From the NCBI GenBank assembly GCA_013239625.1, contig MU053472.1, positions 1,567,236-1,631,235 on the forward strand: a DNA stretch of 64,000 nt, in the 5' to 3' direction. The translations under genes and the position numbers were made by a program. Shown one piece after another: positions 48,999 to 62,928 of the stretch. The DNA comes from Lama guanicoe. Lineage: Eukaryota. The notes under the pieces are model-generated. The model saw only the letters and a list, made by a program, of their open reading frames with translations. It made no database searches and was not told the origin of the DNA. Every line of letters starts with the position of its first letter. Within the stretch, counting starts at the first letter, position 1.

Positions 48999-50065
48999 TT
49001 TGTTGATAAAGAAAAGAAAAAAATTGGGTGGGATTTTGTTGTAAAATAGATTAAACTTTAAATCCTTTATGTTGAAAGTATCTTTGGAGAACTTGAATCT
49101 CAGATCCTTTAAAAGGTGCAAGCATTCTTAGAGTCATTGTAGTTTTAATTGTGCTGTCTTCTCTCTGGTGCTAGATGTAGGAGCAAAAGAAAATGATAAA
49201 AACACCAAGGGATTCTTTTTTTTTTTCTTTTGATCTCATGAATAGGTATAGGAGGCTTAAACTTTCTCTCTCCTCTTACTATTATCAAGGGATTACTATG
49301 ATTCTTGCCTTTTAGAAAATGGCATTTTTTTTTCCTTTGCCTGTGATGCTTTTAGTCTTAAAAACGAGAGGATTGGGCCTCAGTTGTTATCATTTGAATA
49401 TCTTCTTGGCACCTACTGTTTAACTTAGTTTTCTCTGAAATTTTCCCTCTTGTTGCTTTTGCTGTGTCTTGCAGTTTTTATGTATATATGGGTTTTCATT
49501 ATTTCACCTGCAGGACATAGAAAGAATTTTATTTGAGGCTGGTTGAATTTATATAGCTTCATAGTTAACAGCAACAAGCAGGTGCATGAACTAATCAAAA
49601 CCCTGATTTTTGTAATGTGAAAATCAAAAGTGTACCTCTCTGTGTCTACAAAGGAATGGGAAGCACACATTTAGGAGAATGGCTACCTGGTAGTGGGTGG
49701 GTGACAGGATTTAGGATGCGTGAGCTGGTAGTGTTTTACTTGTCATCTTGGGTGAGAGGTTCAGAGGTGTTTACTGTATTATCAAAATGTAGAGAAGTCC
49801 AAGCATTCATCATTAAAGAGAAATGAACCAAAGGTTGTTAATGGTCTGATTCTTTGTATTCAGTGTCCTAGGAGAAGAGGAGAAAGGTGCCAGCATGAGA
49901 AACTGACTGTGGCAGTCTTTACTTTGTCAGCAATGAGAATTAAAAGTTTAGAGTGAAATAAAGGGAAGGATAGTTAGTTCTCTTCCTATGTCTTTTGCCT
50001 TGAGAGATTTTCTTACGTAAAGATACACTCCTTAAAGATATTAGTCTTTTAAATTTAACAGTATT

Positions 50066-50232
50066 GGCAGGGGGCATATAGCTCAGTAGCAGAGTGTGTG
50101 CTTAGTATGCACGAGGTCCTGGGTTCAATCCTCAGTACCTCCATTATAAATAAATGAATAAACCTAATTACCTTCTGCCCCCCAAAATGTCTAAAAAAAT
50201 AAATAAAACCACATCCTTTCAAAAAAATAAAT
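50066..50232 (+). mobile_element. Vic-1-like SINE (long form) with TSD
   Basis: 15-bp TSD with one mismatch, aaatttaaca(g/a)tatt at 50051-50065 and 50233-50247. Confidence 0.9.
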
Positions 50233-52009
50233 AAATTTAACAATATTAAATCAGTTCTCCATTTTTTAAGTACTGTGTGTATATATATATAGGTTTTCTC
50301 TGACCAGAACATGACTGCAGCTAACATCTGCTCTTGGCATTTTTATTCATATATTGAACCGGCCACTGTAGTGTGATCTCAAGTTATTCTAACCTGCATA
50401 CCATAGTTTTATATTCTTTCAAGTGTAAATAATATCTTCCTTTATCCTAACTCACAGCTATCATGAGGACAAATGATACTATTTTTAAAAAAATTTCACT
50501 GAAAATGTGACTAAAAGGAGCAGGTGTCAAGAGGGAGCCCCATGACCTCCACTCCACCATTGGCACGAAGGAAGCAGTGGTTCTAGAATTCTCGATGTCT
50601 TTACCCATCACCAGCTCCCTCCCCCTGCTCATGCTACACTGACAGTGTTGCCATCACCATCTTAAGACCATGGGGACTAAGTTCCTTACATCCTTTATCC
50701 TTGTTGACCTCAGTCACCTTAAGTAGCCCAGCAATCATCTCTCATCCTTACAGTCTCCTCTGTACAGGATGCAGTTGTCAAACTTTTTCAGTCAGTATTT
50801 CATTTCAGAAGGGATTTTCCTACTCTGTCCATTACTCACCCCAACTCTTAAAATCTTTTGCCTGGGCCCTCTGGAAGTCGCTGTCATCTGCAAAGTCCAG
50901 TGTACTTTTAACCTCTTTTGGAATGTTCTTGCCCTTGCCCCTTGTTTTAGTTTTTCTTAGTTATTGCCTTTCAGTTTTTGAAGGTTGGATTTTTATCTTA
51001 TGGTTTTCTGTAGTACCACTCCTTTCACAATTCCTAATAGTTAAAGATGTTGAACATCTTTCATGTGCTTATTTGAAATCCATCCCTTTATCCTCCTTGG
51101 TGATATGTCTGTTCATGCCAATCACTGTTGAATAGAGAGCTCTTTACATATTCTGGGTTTAAGTCCTTTGTTGGATGTCTAATTTAAATTTTTTTTTAAA
51201 TCCATGGCTTATCTTTTCATCATCTTAATTTAAATAAAGTCCAATTAATCATTTTATTTTCAAGTGAGATTATTTCCTCAGGAATATTTTGCCACAAAGT
51301 GGTAGAGATCCATCTATACATTATTAACTTTGACACTCTGTGGTTTTGTTCTCATTTCTTAGATATTGTTATATTGGGAAATTGGTACAAGAACTTTGTG
51401 TTATTCAGCAAGATTTATTTCCCTGCAGTCTGTAAATCTTTAAAGGAACTGGGCAAATTCCCAAAGTTTACAAGTTGGTAGAGTTGATCCCTGGGTGGCA
51501 TAAGAAGTTTTATAGCTCTTTATAAGAGGATATAATTACCTATCATGTAAAAAGACTAACTCTGGCATTTGACCAGGCAGTAGGATTCTTTTGGCTGGAA
51601 CTGAGTGGTTTATGCATGTGTGTTGGGTGAATGCTGTGAATAGCATATGGTTGTGTGGGCAGATAAACTACGGGTGATGTACATGTTAACACATATTTAT
51701 TGTAAAATTGTCTTGTGTCCAAAGTAGTTTTTTTCTGGGCAGATATTGAATAAACATCTAAATATAATTTTTGTAGTATACTTTTTGGCTAATATATGAC
51801 TCGTGTTTTTAACTTGTCTTAATGCTGCCTTGATTGTAACCACATTGTTCTACCCCTCACTGAGCTTTTCTCTAAACCTTGCAAGGATGGTGTAATTCTC
51901 TTTAAAAAGTGTTCTTGGTGGCTATTTTATATTAGGCTGTGACATGTTTACTGGAACATGGTGTATTATAATATTTTTGGAAAAAAGTCCACATATTAAA
52001 AAAAAACCA

Positions 52010-54165
52010 ACTTATTCGATATTTACATTTTCCAGTGAGATTTTCTCTCATTTGTTTTCTTGTTATCAATTAGTGCCCATTTTTTTCTTCTTTTTTTCCC
52101 AACCTAATGAAGTCCCTTTAACTTTTCTTAATAAGGCCAGTTATGAAGTGATGAACTCCTGGAGCTTTCGCTTGTCTGGAAAACTCTTTCATTCTGAATG
52201 ACAGCTTTGCTCGGTAGAGTATTCTTGGTTGGAAGTTTTCTCCTTTCTGCACTTTGAATGTCATATCGCTTCCTTCTGGGCTGCAGAGTTTCTGCTGAGA
52301 AACCTGCTCATAGCCTTATGGGGTTTCCCTTACATGCAACAATTTAGTTTTTCTCCTACAGCTTTTAAGTTTCTCTGTCTTTAACTTTTGATGTTTTAAT
52401 TGTAACATGTCTTGATGTGGATCTCTTTGGGTTCATCTTATTTGAAACTCAGTGCTTCCTGGACCTGGCTATCTGTCTCCTTCCCCAGGCTAGGGAAGTT
52501 TTCAGCCATTGTTCTTTCCAAATAAGTTTTCTGCCCTTTCCTCTCTCCCTTCAACATCTGAGACCCCTATAATGACAGTGTTTTTCTGCCTCATGCTGCC
52601 TGATGTGTCCCTTAAGTAATTTTCATTTTTAAAAATTCTTACTTCTTTTTGCTGCCCTGTCTGGATGAGTTCCATTGCTTTATCTTCTAGCTCCCTGGTC
52701 TGTTCTTCTGCTTCATCAAGTCTGCTTTTGAACCCCTCCACTGTTTCAGTTCAGTTATCGTATTCTTCAGCTTTACAACTTCTGTTTGGTACTTTCTTGT
52801 ATTTTCTGCCTCTTCTTTGAAGTTCTCACTGGGTTCATCCATTCTCCTCTAAAGTTTGGTGAACATCTTTATGACCGTTACTTTTAATTCTTTAATTCTC
52901 TACATCATTAGGGTCCTTTTCTGAAGTTTTGTCTTATTCTTCTGTTTGGAACATGTTTCTCCATGTTATTCAGAATAGCTGTCTCTTTCAGTCTTGAAGG
53001 AGTGGCCTTGTGGCCTTTATCCACCTTGCCCTAACTCTTGATTGTCTCTAGAACCTTTGTGGTTTATTCTTGGTATGACTCCCATTGTTAGGAGTGTGCC
53101 AAGATCTGTCAGTGTTTTAACAGGAAGAATCTCATTTAGCACCTAGTTTCTGACTGATTGGAAGCCAGACCCCCAGGCAGCATGAAAATAAATGCAGATT
53201 ATATTACAGTTGTAATCCCCACTGGCCTCCAGTCCACGGGAGCTGTAGGTGTTCCTTGGGAAACAGTTACAGAATTGGGGCCTCTAGATGACTATATAAG
53301 CTCCCTTCTGGAAGGTAGAACTGTAGCAAGGTCAGAGGAGAGCACAGGGCTGGCATCTCCCTGCTTATGGTCCCTGGGAGCACCTCCCTAGCTCCTGGGT
53401 GTGTGGGAAACTCGAAACCTGTCCCTCAGGCTGACGCTCCAGGCTAAGTAAATAGGCCCCTTTCACAGGAAGACTGGGGTTGTATTTCATTTGGTTTTCT
53501 GTGCAGTGCCCTCGGGGTGGTGGCCTGCCAAGAAGTGTCTTTTTGATTGTTACAGTCCCCTGGAGCTGAGTAATGTCAGCCGCCTTGTCCAACAGGGCCA
53601 GGCAGTCAAGGGGGTGGTCCTTGTGTGGATCGCACATGCCTGCTGGCTTTAACAGTAAGGCAGCTGGAGAGTGTCCGGAGTGAGGCAGGCTCTCCAGCTT
53701 TCCCAGGGCAGTGGGAAAATGCCTTGACTACACGTGCCTCTGGTTGGAGCAGTGCAGCCGTGCAGGTTTTAGACTGGGAGCGGGAGAATGCCACACTGCT
53801 CGTGCTTGTCAGCCCCAGCCGGGGTGGCTGAATTTAGTCCCTAAATTTAGCTAGGGAGCAAGAGAATGCCGTGTCTGTTCCTGCTCATCCATTCCAGCCA
53901 GCAGTGGTGGAGCACTGCAACCCCCTGCGCTTTCTGGCTTCAGCAAGGCAGTGGCAGAGTGCAGCCCCCACTTTCCCCTGCCTGCCTCAGCAAGGTCGGG
54001 GCACACCACCTATGCAGGCTGGGTGGGAGGAGAGTGCAGTGACGGCCACCAGTGCCTCTCCCTCCCAGGAGAGATTCTGCTGTCCCTCGCCCCTCCAGCA
54101 GTTACTTTTAAACTAGCAAATCAGTCTCCTTCACATACAGTCTAGGTGCTTTTCAAATTACTGTT
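52010..54165 (-). mobile_element. L1 ORF1 plus GC-rich 5' UTR remnant
   Basis: ORF 52502..52741 (FKSRLDEAEEQTRELEDK...IIGVSDVEGREERAENLF) matches the ORF1p coiled coil and RRM start; assignment of the GC-rich flank as 5' UTR is inferred from position. Confidence 0.8.
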
Positions 54166-54315
54166 TTTTAAAGAAACCTCCATACTATTTTCCACAGTGG
54201 CTGCACCAGTTTACATTCTTACCAACCCTGTAGGAGGCTTCCCTTTTCTCCACATCCTTACCAACATTTGTTATTTGTGGACTTTTTGATGATAGCCCTT
54301 CTTTAAAAAAAAAAA

Positions 54316-54600
54316 ATTTTTTTTTAATTGAAGAAACCATCAGTTACAGTGTGTCAGTTTCTGGTGTACAGCACGATGTCCCAGTCATGCATATACATAC
54401 ATATATTCATTTTTATATTCTTTTTCATTAAACATTATTACAAGATATTGAACATAGTTCCCTGTGCTATACAACAGAAACTTTTTTAAAAGTCTATTTC
54501 TATATATAGTGGCTAACATTTGTAAATCTCAAGCTCCCAAATTTATCCCTTCCCACCCCCTTTCCCTGGTACCATAAGATTGTTTACTATGCAAGTCTGT
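54316..54600 (-). mobile_element. Short L1 3' end (artiodactyl-type)
   Basis: tttaattgaag...tttctggtgtacagc...acaagatattgaacatagttccctgtgctatacaacag. Confidence 0.8.
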
Positions 54601-57600
54601 TGAAATTTACAGTGATTATCGATATGATATATATATGTACTCACTGCCATTTTGTTCCTTGTTTTCTGGCTGTTTTTGTGTTAATTCTGTCTGCTTCTTT
54701 TAATTTCTTCCCTTGTGGTGTGATTTTTTGAGGGGTGTTATCTATTGTAGGTTTTTGATATGTGATTGTTATGAGGTTCATGTATGTCGATCTTCGACCC
54801 CTTGTATGTAAACTGATAGTCGTTTAACTTCAGGCTCATTCTAAAAGATCTATATTTTTAAACTCATTTGATGATTTTTGATGTCATATTGTACATCTTT
54901 ATGTTTATCCTTTCAATTCCAACTTCTTTCCACAAAAAACATAAAACTCTGTAAAATGACTATCTCAATAAAAAAAGTTAAAAAAAAAACAAAAATGTGA
55001 AACTCCCAAAAAGATGGAAAGAGTAGGACAGTAAACTGCTGTATGTATACTGTTCCCCTAATTTCTAATATTTTGGTCACATTTTAGATAAAAAAGAGGG
55101 AAAAGCCTACCTCTGTTCTTGACATTCTCATCAACCACCACTAATATTATGCACACAGTTTATTTCCTTTGCCACTGAACAACTTTGCTTCAATTTTTTA
55201 ATATAGGTGTAATTAACAGTAGAAAAATACAGAGGTTGACCTGTTGCAGTTTGAGTTTTAACAAATACATGCACTCATGTAACCTATACCTCTGTAAAGA
55301 CAGGTTATTTCTGTTATTCTGGGAAGTTCTCACATTCCCTTTCCCAGTCATCCTCATCCCCTCAGAAGCATGTTATTTTCTGACTTCTTGTACTTTAGAG
55401 TAGTAGTTTTCCCTGTACCTGTTAGTGTTGCATGTATCAGTACATCTTTCTTTTTTATTGCTGAGTAGTATTCCATTTTATGAATATATATATATATATA
55501 TATATATCTAGTTATTCATGTTTCTGTTGGATTGAACATATACTTTTGAGCTATTATGAATAAAGCTGCTGTGAACTTTGCCATACAGGTCTTCTAAGTC
55601 ACCACTGTTATGAGACAGATAAATCAATGGAACGTATATAACATGAGACACTGTAAAGTGCTTTGAAGCAAAACAAATTAGGGTAAGGACCTGGAGCATG
55701 ATGGAGGGTGATCTTTCTGATTGGAAAATGTTTTAGCAACGTCCTGTAAGAAGTATACAAATGAACTGTGGAGCCGACTAGTGTATAACTGGTTAATTCC
55801 AAGGAAAGAGCAGAAAATGTGGCGTTCCTGAGTCAGGAGTGTGCTTGGCATATTCCAGTGTGGATGAGCAGGGTAGAGGGTTAAATCAGAGAGATATTGG
55901 TAGAAGAGCAAAAAAGGAGTTAAGGATGTGAGTGTTTTTTTGTTTTTTGTTTTAACCAGAGAAGTATATGAATAGATTCACCATACAGGGGTTGCCAGCG
56001 ATGATAATAATTGCATAAAGTTTTCTGAGTTCTTAGATGTTGCAGCACCTTCTTAGTCCATCCTATTTTTTTATCTTTAGATCCTCACAACATCCTATGT
56101 GAGGTATTGGTACTTATCTCCACTTTACCGATGAAAGAATTAAAGCACTAAAAGATTACATACATTAGCCTTTATCAATAATTTTACTCATTTTTCAGCA
56201 GAGTTCTGGTTGATCGTTTTCTGACAGTAGATTTTCTTAGTGTCCCCGGGTAGCAGAGGAATCAGTTCTGGGCTGTATAGATAGATACATTGAGAATATC
56301 TGTTGGGGAAGATGGATGTGGACAAATCTGATTGAATTAAATGTTTTCTAAAAGAATAAAATAATTAGAATGGAGGACTTGGAAGCAGTTTATCTGATAA
56401 AATGAACATGGAATCTTTCTGCAGGAGGCATTCTCAGTTAAAATTCATTAGTATTATCATACTTTTGTGTAAAATCTCTTATTTTCCAGATACAATCCTC
56501 AACATGAAAAATGTAGCGCTGGACTATTTTATTATCAGTTGGACGTTTATTTGCCTCTTGATATGGTTTTGGATCCAAGCAGAAGTGGTTTCTGTTTGGT
56601 ATCTTGAAATCTTTAAGGCTGATTCGTGAGCTTAAACTCTTTAGTTTAAATGAGAGTGTATGGTGGGGGCTATTACTTTACATTTATTGACATGCAAAGT
56701 GTCTTGAATTTTGTTGAGGGGGAGAGAGGAGTTGGTGACTTGGTGAGCAAGCCCATTTTCATTACTTTAATTGTGCGATTTATTAGGATTTTAAGCTTTT
56801 TATAAATGTTTTAGTGTTATAGGACAGAATTAAAAGGATTTAGAATAAAAGGAGTTTAACAAAAGGACTTTGCAACAGGATTGCAATAGTTTTTATATTT
56901 GATGGATTTGGCTAACCGCTTTTCATTTCAATCATCATGCTACATTCTGTTAAATGCTGTAGAACAGGTGTGTGTAACGTCATTCTCTCTATTGTACATG
57001 CAAATAAACACAATTTTATATATAAAAAGTTAATCCTCCACAATTTGGAGGATTACATTATGGAGGGTGATGACTCCATTAGGCATCATGGAGAGTACTT
57101 GCTATTTATATTGCAAGAAAAATCAGGTTAATAGCTACAGTGTTCATGAGATTGTAGAATTTTTATATAGACACTTTAAAAAACAATTGTATCTATTCAA
57201 ACTATCCACAATGAAACTATTTAAGGCAGAGTTAAGGTTTTGTTACATGGTTTTCCAACTTTGAAAAAATGTACTGTACAGCATGCCTCAAAGAAATTTG
57301 GATGATTTGTTATGATTTGTTTACTTATTGCCTTTACTCGTAGAATGGGTGCTTTTGGCTTTATGTTCTTAAATGAGGGCATTATTTTGTAGTTTAAATT
57401 TTTTGCTTGGTTACCTTTTCTGAATATCCATGAAGAGTATTAATCTTTAGTAAGTGTCAGGTGACCGACCTACAAGGTAAGGTCGGTAGGACTGATGCAC
57501 CCCAGTAGGTCAGTGGAAACCAGTGGAATTCTTCAATTCAGGTTTAAGAAACGCAAAAACAATCAAACCATTCTTGTCAGTATTATTTGCATTTTAAAGA

Positions 57601-60159
57601 CATGATGTTTCATTTATCAGAATATCGAATTGGTGTGTATACTGCAGGTATAAACCATAAAGATCTTGTCAAAACACCTGGAAGCAGAGGGAAAATAGGT
57701 ATTGTTAAAAGTGAAGGTGAAATATGTAGGGGTGAAGAATTGGCCTTGCATAGATGAAGTTCAGTTATAATTCATTTGAAACATAAATATTATGGGCTTT
57801 GGACCAGTTAATTTTTAACTTGTGCTTCGTTTGAAAGTCATATTGTTAATTGTGAACTCGGATTGATTTGTTTAGCAAGGGTAAAAGCACACAATCCATA
57901 GTAAATTAATGTTTAGTGAAGAGTAGACACTGTTATATGCTTCTCAAAATTTAACATAGTTGTGGAGAACTTTATTCATCAACACTTGTTTATACTTTTT
58001 ATCTTTATCCTATGTAGGTGTAATAGTACAGTCTATCAATGGGTCGTAGAACTTGTCTTAACTTATTTCGTATGATTATTGTAATCACAATTTAAAAGTA
58101 TATTATGTCAGATCACAATCTAAATGTGTAGCCATTAACCTGTCCTCCTCTGGATTAAACCTCCTTACTTTTGGAGGGACTCATTAACATGGATTATTAT
58201 TATGTTTACCACCCAGCCAAGAAGTGATACATTGTTACGAGTGCAAAAGTCCCCTGGCAACCTCTCCCAAATACTGTCCCCATCCTAAACCCCAAAGAGG
58301 TGTATGCCTATCCTGAAATGGGTATTTATCTTTATGTGTTTATGTCTTTAGTACTTAATGTAACTGAATATCTGTCCCCATGTCTAACTACACACCCACA
58401 TAGGCACACATGTATGCAAGCACACAACTTATTTGTTTGTACCTTTTTCAAAATTGTGGTGAAAATCACATAATATAAAATTCACCATCTTTAAATTGTT
58501 AAAAACTTTTAATTCCACAGTTTGGCAGTGTTAAGTCCATAGTTTGCATTAGGGTTCCCTACTGGTGGCATACATCATGCTGGTTTTGACAAATGTGTAA
58601 GGAAATGTACCCACTGTTGTAGTATCATACAGAATAGTTTACCTCTCCTCTACAACCTCTCTGCTCTACCTATTTATGTCTCCTTCCTTCTTAACACGTT
58701 TAGCTTAACACTGCACATTGGGGTTAGCCTGTTGAATTTATTGTGCTAGACCCTCAAGGCGCTCATAACTCATATTTGTTTATATTTGATTCATATTCAT
58801 TGACTCATATTTGATTCTTTCCTCCTCTTTATTTTTCTCTGTTCATTTTGGAATTCCTCACTATGTTGGGACTGTCCTTTAATATTTCTCTTGGATATGT
58901 GTTTGTGTGTATAAATTAATACCATTTTCCTCTTTTTTTTGTGGTTTTTTGCTCTATTCTTTAGGAAGTTTCCTCTGACCCTTGCTTTGAGTTTTTAAAT
59001 AATGCCCACCTTGCTTTTAATTTCCCAGAGCGCTCCTTTATTCTCTGTGTCAATTTTTCTTTGCATTCTTACTGTTTCACGAATGGTCATCTCATATTCT
59101 TAAAATTATTGATGACAGCTTAAAATTTTTTGATATTTTCTTCCTGTATAGAATTAGTCACTTTTCCAGGTGATTGTTAATCTTTGGTTGCCTGGATCTA
59201 TTTGTAAGCTGCAAACTAAAAAGCTGATTGAAAGCACTGTGTGTTTGTCAGCTTTTAACCTTTTGAGGGTGCTTTGGTTGTGCCATGTTTTGGAGCCCTC
59301 TGACAGTATCTTTTAGTTTTTCTTTATGGACTGATTTACTAAGTTCTGCAGAGAAGACTTACAAGCAAAGTGATTTATAAGCTCCTAACTTTACAAGAAC
59401 AAAGTTCTTGCGTTAGCGTCCGGACGCACAATTCGGGGAGGGAGACGGACGCTGAGGAAGGGCTGCTTCCATGTATTAATGCTTCACTGAATTCCGTCTC
59501 CCTGCAACTCCCCACCCACCGTTTAAAAATTTGTATTCACCTGTGCATGGTGTCCCCCTGTCTTACCCTCTGTAGAGAATAGCCTTTCAGTCTTCTGGGA
59601 ATAGGGAGGGTGAGTTGCCTAGCAGAGTAAAGGTCTTAGGACCTTAGTGTTTTTCACATAACCTATACCGTGTCCTCTTCATTTTATCTTCATTGCCCTG
59701 CACAGTCCATCTCAGGTGTACCTGGTGTTATCAGGTGTGAAATAGTAGTTTATGTCTCAGGTTTTAGTTTTCCCAGCACTGGCTTGAAATTTTACTTAGG
59801 GCTGCTAAGTTAGTCTTCACTCAGTTATTTCACAAACTTGATTATTTTTACTGTATATTTTAAAATCATATTTGATTTAATACTGGAATTTATTGGAATT
59901 TTCAGAAAAAATAAAGTGAAATACACGTGTAGTCTCCTAGCTTATCTGAGGTTGAAATACCACTTCTGCCATTTATTTGTCTCCTTATTTAAAAACAGTA
60001 AAATTTGGAGGGGAATTAATATATTCAAGTGGTTTGAAAACTGAAAAGTATAAAATAGACGTACAGTGAAAACGGTCCTCCCATTGTTGTTCCCTGTCTT
60101 CCACTTTTCCCATTCTCCCTCTCATTTAGGTAAGATTTTTTAATGTATCCTTGCAGTGA

Positions 60160-60211
60160 GTGTGTGTCTGTGTGTGTGTGTGTGTCTGTGTGTGTGTGTG
60201 TATGTGTGTGT
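60160..60211. repeat. Interrupted (TG)n microsatellite
   Basis: Read directly. Confidence 0.95.
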
Positions 60212-61537
60212 CTTTCTCTTGGTTAAAGAAAAGATAGGACATTATTTTTTATCTTCCTGTTTTATATAGTCTCCTTTTTCTGTTTACTGTTTTGGATCCC
60301 ATTCCCTGTCTTCATAGAGCACTTCTTCATTTTTTTACAGTTGTAGGAAATACTCCTTTGTCCATTCGGATTCTATTAGTCTTCTGGGGTTATAAACAGT
60401 ACTATCATGCATAATTTTATATAACAGTTATTTTCATCATGGCTGAATATACGTGTAGAGTGAAATCTTAGCAGTGCTGTTTCTCTATCAAAGGGTATGA
60501 ACATTTATAATTTTGATGGCTATGGGCAGAGTTTTACAGAATTTTTTGAGAAGCTCTTAGGTAAAGGTCAATGTTTATCAATACAGTTAAAAAATTTGAA
60601 ATAGAAAATTTCTACATTCAAAAGCAGTGAAAATACTGTAAATATCTCTAAGAACCCATCATTTTTTGGCCAGTCATGTTTCATTTACTTCTGAAAGATT
60701 AAAAAAAATCTTAAAAATATAACAAATATTTTTATCACTTCTTAAAAATTAGAAAGTTTCAATACAGATTTTCAAAATAGTTTTAAGTGGAAATTTAACA
60801 TTTTTTTTTAATGGTTCAGAGCTTTTTGTGTTTTCTGATTTTACTTTTCTGTCTGTTGCTGTTTTTATATTAGTTTCATATCCAGTAATACTGTTGAGTT
60901 CTTTTATGATAATTATCCTGACTAGGACTTTCAGCATAGGGTTAGATAAGAGCAGTTAGACTGGGCATCCTTTTGTTATTACTGGTTTTAATGAGCGTGC
61001 TCTGAAGCATTACCTATAATATTTATTGTAGGTCTTTTTTAGGTGATCATTATTGAGTTAAGAAAAGTTATTTTTGTTTTCTTTTGTTCTTATGACTAGG
61101 TATAGAATTTTATGAACATTTTTTGCATCTGCTGAAATGTTAATATTGTGAATAACATTAATAGGTTTCATAATGTGAAGTTATAACTTGCTTGGGTAAA
61201 TCCATCTTGGTTATAAGATTTAATTTTTTTCAAATACATTGCCATTTTAATTTTTTAAAGGATTTTTACATTTATATATATAGAAAATTACCTCTAATTA
61301 AAGTTTTTGTTGTTGTTGTGATTTCCCTTTAGTTTTGACATCAAGATCATACTAGTTTTAGGTAATTGGTACAATTGGGGGTCATTTTCTGATCTCATGG
61401 AGAAAGTGTATAAAATTGAAGTTGCCAATTAAAATAAAGATTTAGAATGTTGATTTCAATTTTAAAAACAGATTAATACTAATATTTATATTGTTTTGGC
61501 ATCTCTTTAGCTGTAAACATTTTGAGAATGAAATTAA

Positions 61538-61675
<138 letters not shown>

Positions 61676-62805
61676 TAAGGAAATTTAAAAAAAAAGTTCT
61701 TTGAGCCACCATTAAAATTTTGTATTATTTCAGAAGGGGAACTTTGATGCCTTAAAGTCTTTGTTTACCTTAAGACTATGCTCTTATAAGAGAGAACGGA
61801 AGGGAAGTAATAACATATTTTGGGTTTTTGTCACGGAGGCCTTGTTTCTACTTTTCTTCTCACTGTTTCTCATATGTGGAATGATAGCAGGAGACAAAAG
61901 AAACTCAGTGGTGTATCAGAATTCAGTCTTGAAATAAAAGTTTAGCATAATTAAGAGTATTTTTTAGTTTATGTGTTTTTTGATAGTTTTAATTTTCATG
62001 GCCATCTACTGTCAGTTAGAAGTTACTATTAGATGATAATCATCATCTTCTTCATCATTAACTATCACATTTATTGTTGTAACACGTGCCTGACACAGCT
62101 TTAAAGGCATTGCATGAATTTTCTCTATTATTTCTTAAAGCAACACGATGGAATAGATACCATTCCTATTCCTGTTTTACAGTTTTGAAAAAGTGAGGCA
62201 CTGAATTCACACAGTGGATATGTGTATACAAACCCAAGATGGCATATTCTTAATTTCATGCTGGTTGCATTTGGGACAATGAGAGGGCTATGAACTAAGA
62301 TGATTAAATGGTATTATTCATGAATTCAGATTTTTTACCTACTTTCTTCATGCAGTAAATGGGAACACTATTCTTTCTTCTCAGAGGCTTATAGTGATTT
62401 AGTTATCAGGTTTACAGTGACCTTTTTACTGTTCAGTTCCAATTAAGAACAGTCTTCAGCTGCTGGTAAAGTTACAATGGCCTGTACGAACCATGTGATC
62501 GAAGTTTGAGGGTCGACAGTCCAGAGCTAGTGAAATGTTTCTGTGATATGTCATTAATGACCTAGATTCTCTCTAGCTGTGACATCTTTTAGACTATGAC
62601 CCGTTCCTTAAGGATCTCACGATGGCTGCCATCTTTTCAGTTAGTGCATCTCAGAGACTTTAGGAAGAGGATCAAAATGAATATTAGGCTTGACAACCAA
62701 TAGTTCCTGCCATGTGTTTTCAGCCCATAGTGTGCTCTAGGTCACAGATGCAGTGGAGAAGGGAAGAATGTGCAAATGGTATAGCACGATTAGATCTTGG
62801 GGTCT

Positions 62806-62928
62806 CTTTCTTTGTTGTTGGGGGACGTAATTAGGCTTATTTATTTGTCTTAATGGAGGTACTAGGGATTGAACCCAGTACCTTGTGCATACTAGGCGTG
62901 TACTCTACCACTGAGTTTTACCCTCCCC
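62806..62928 (-). mobile_element. Vic-1-like SINE (long form)
   Basis: gtaattaggcttatttattt...ggaggtactagggattgaacccagtaccttgtgcatactaggcgtgtactctaccactgagttttaccctcccc. Confidence 0.86.
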
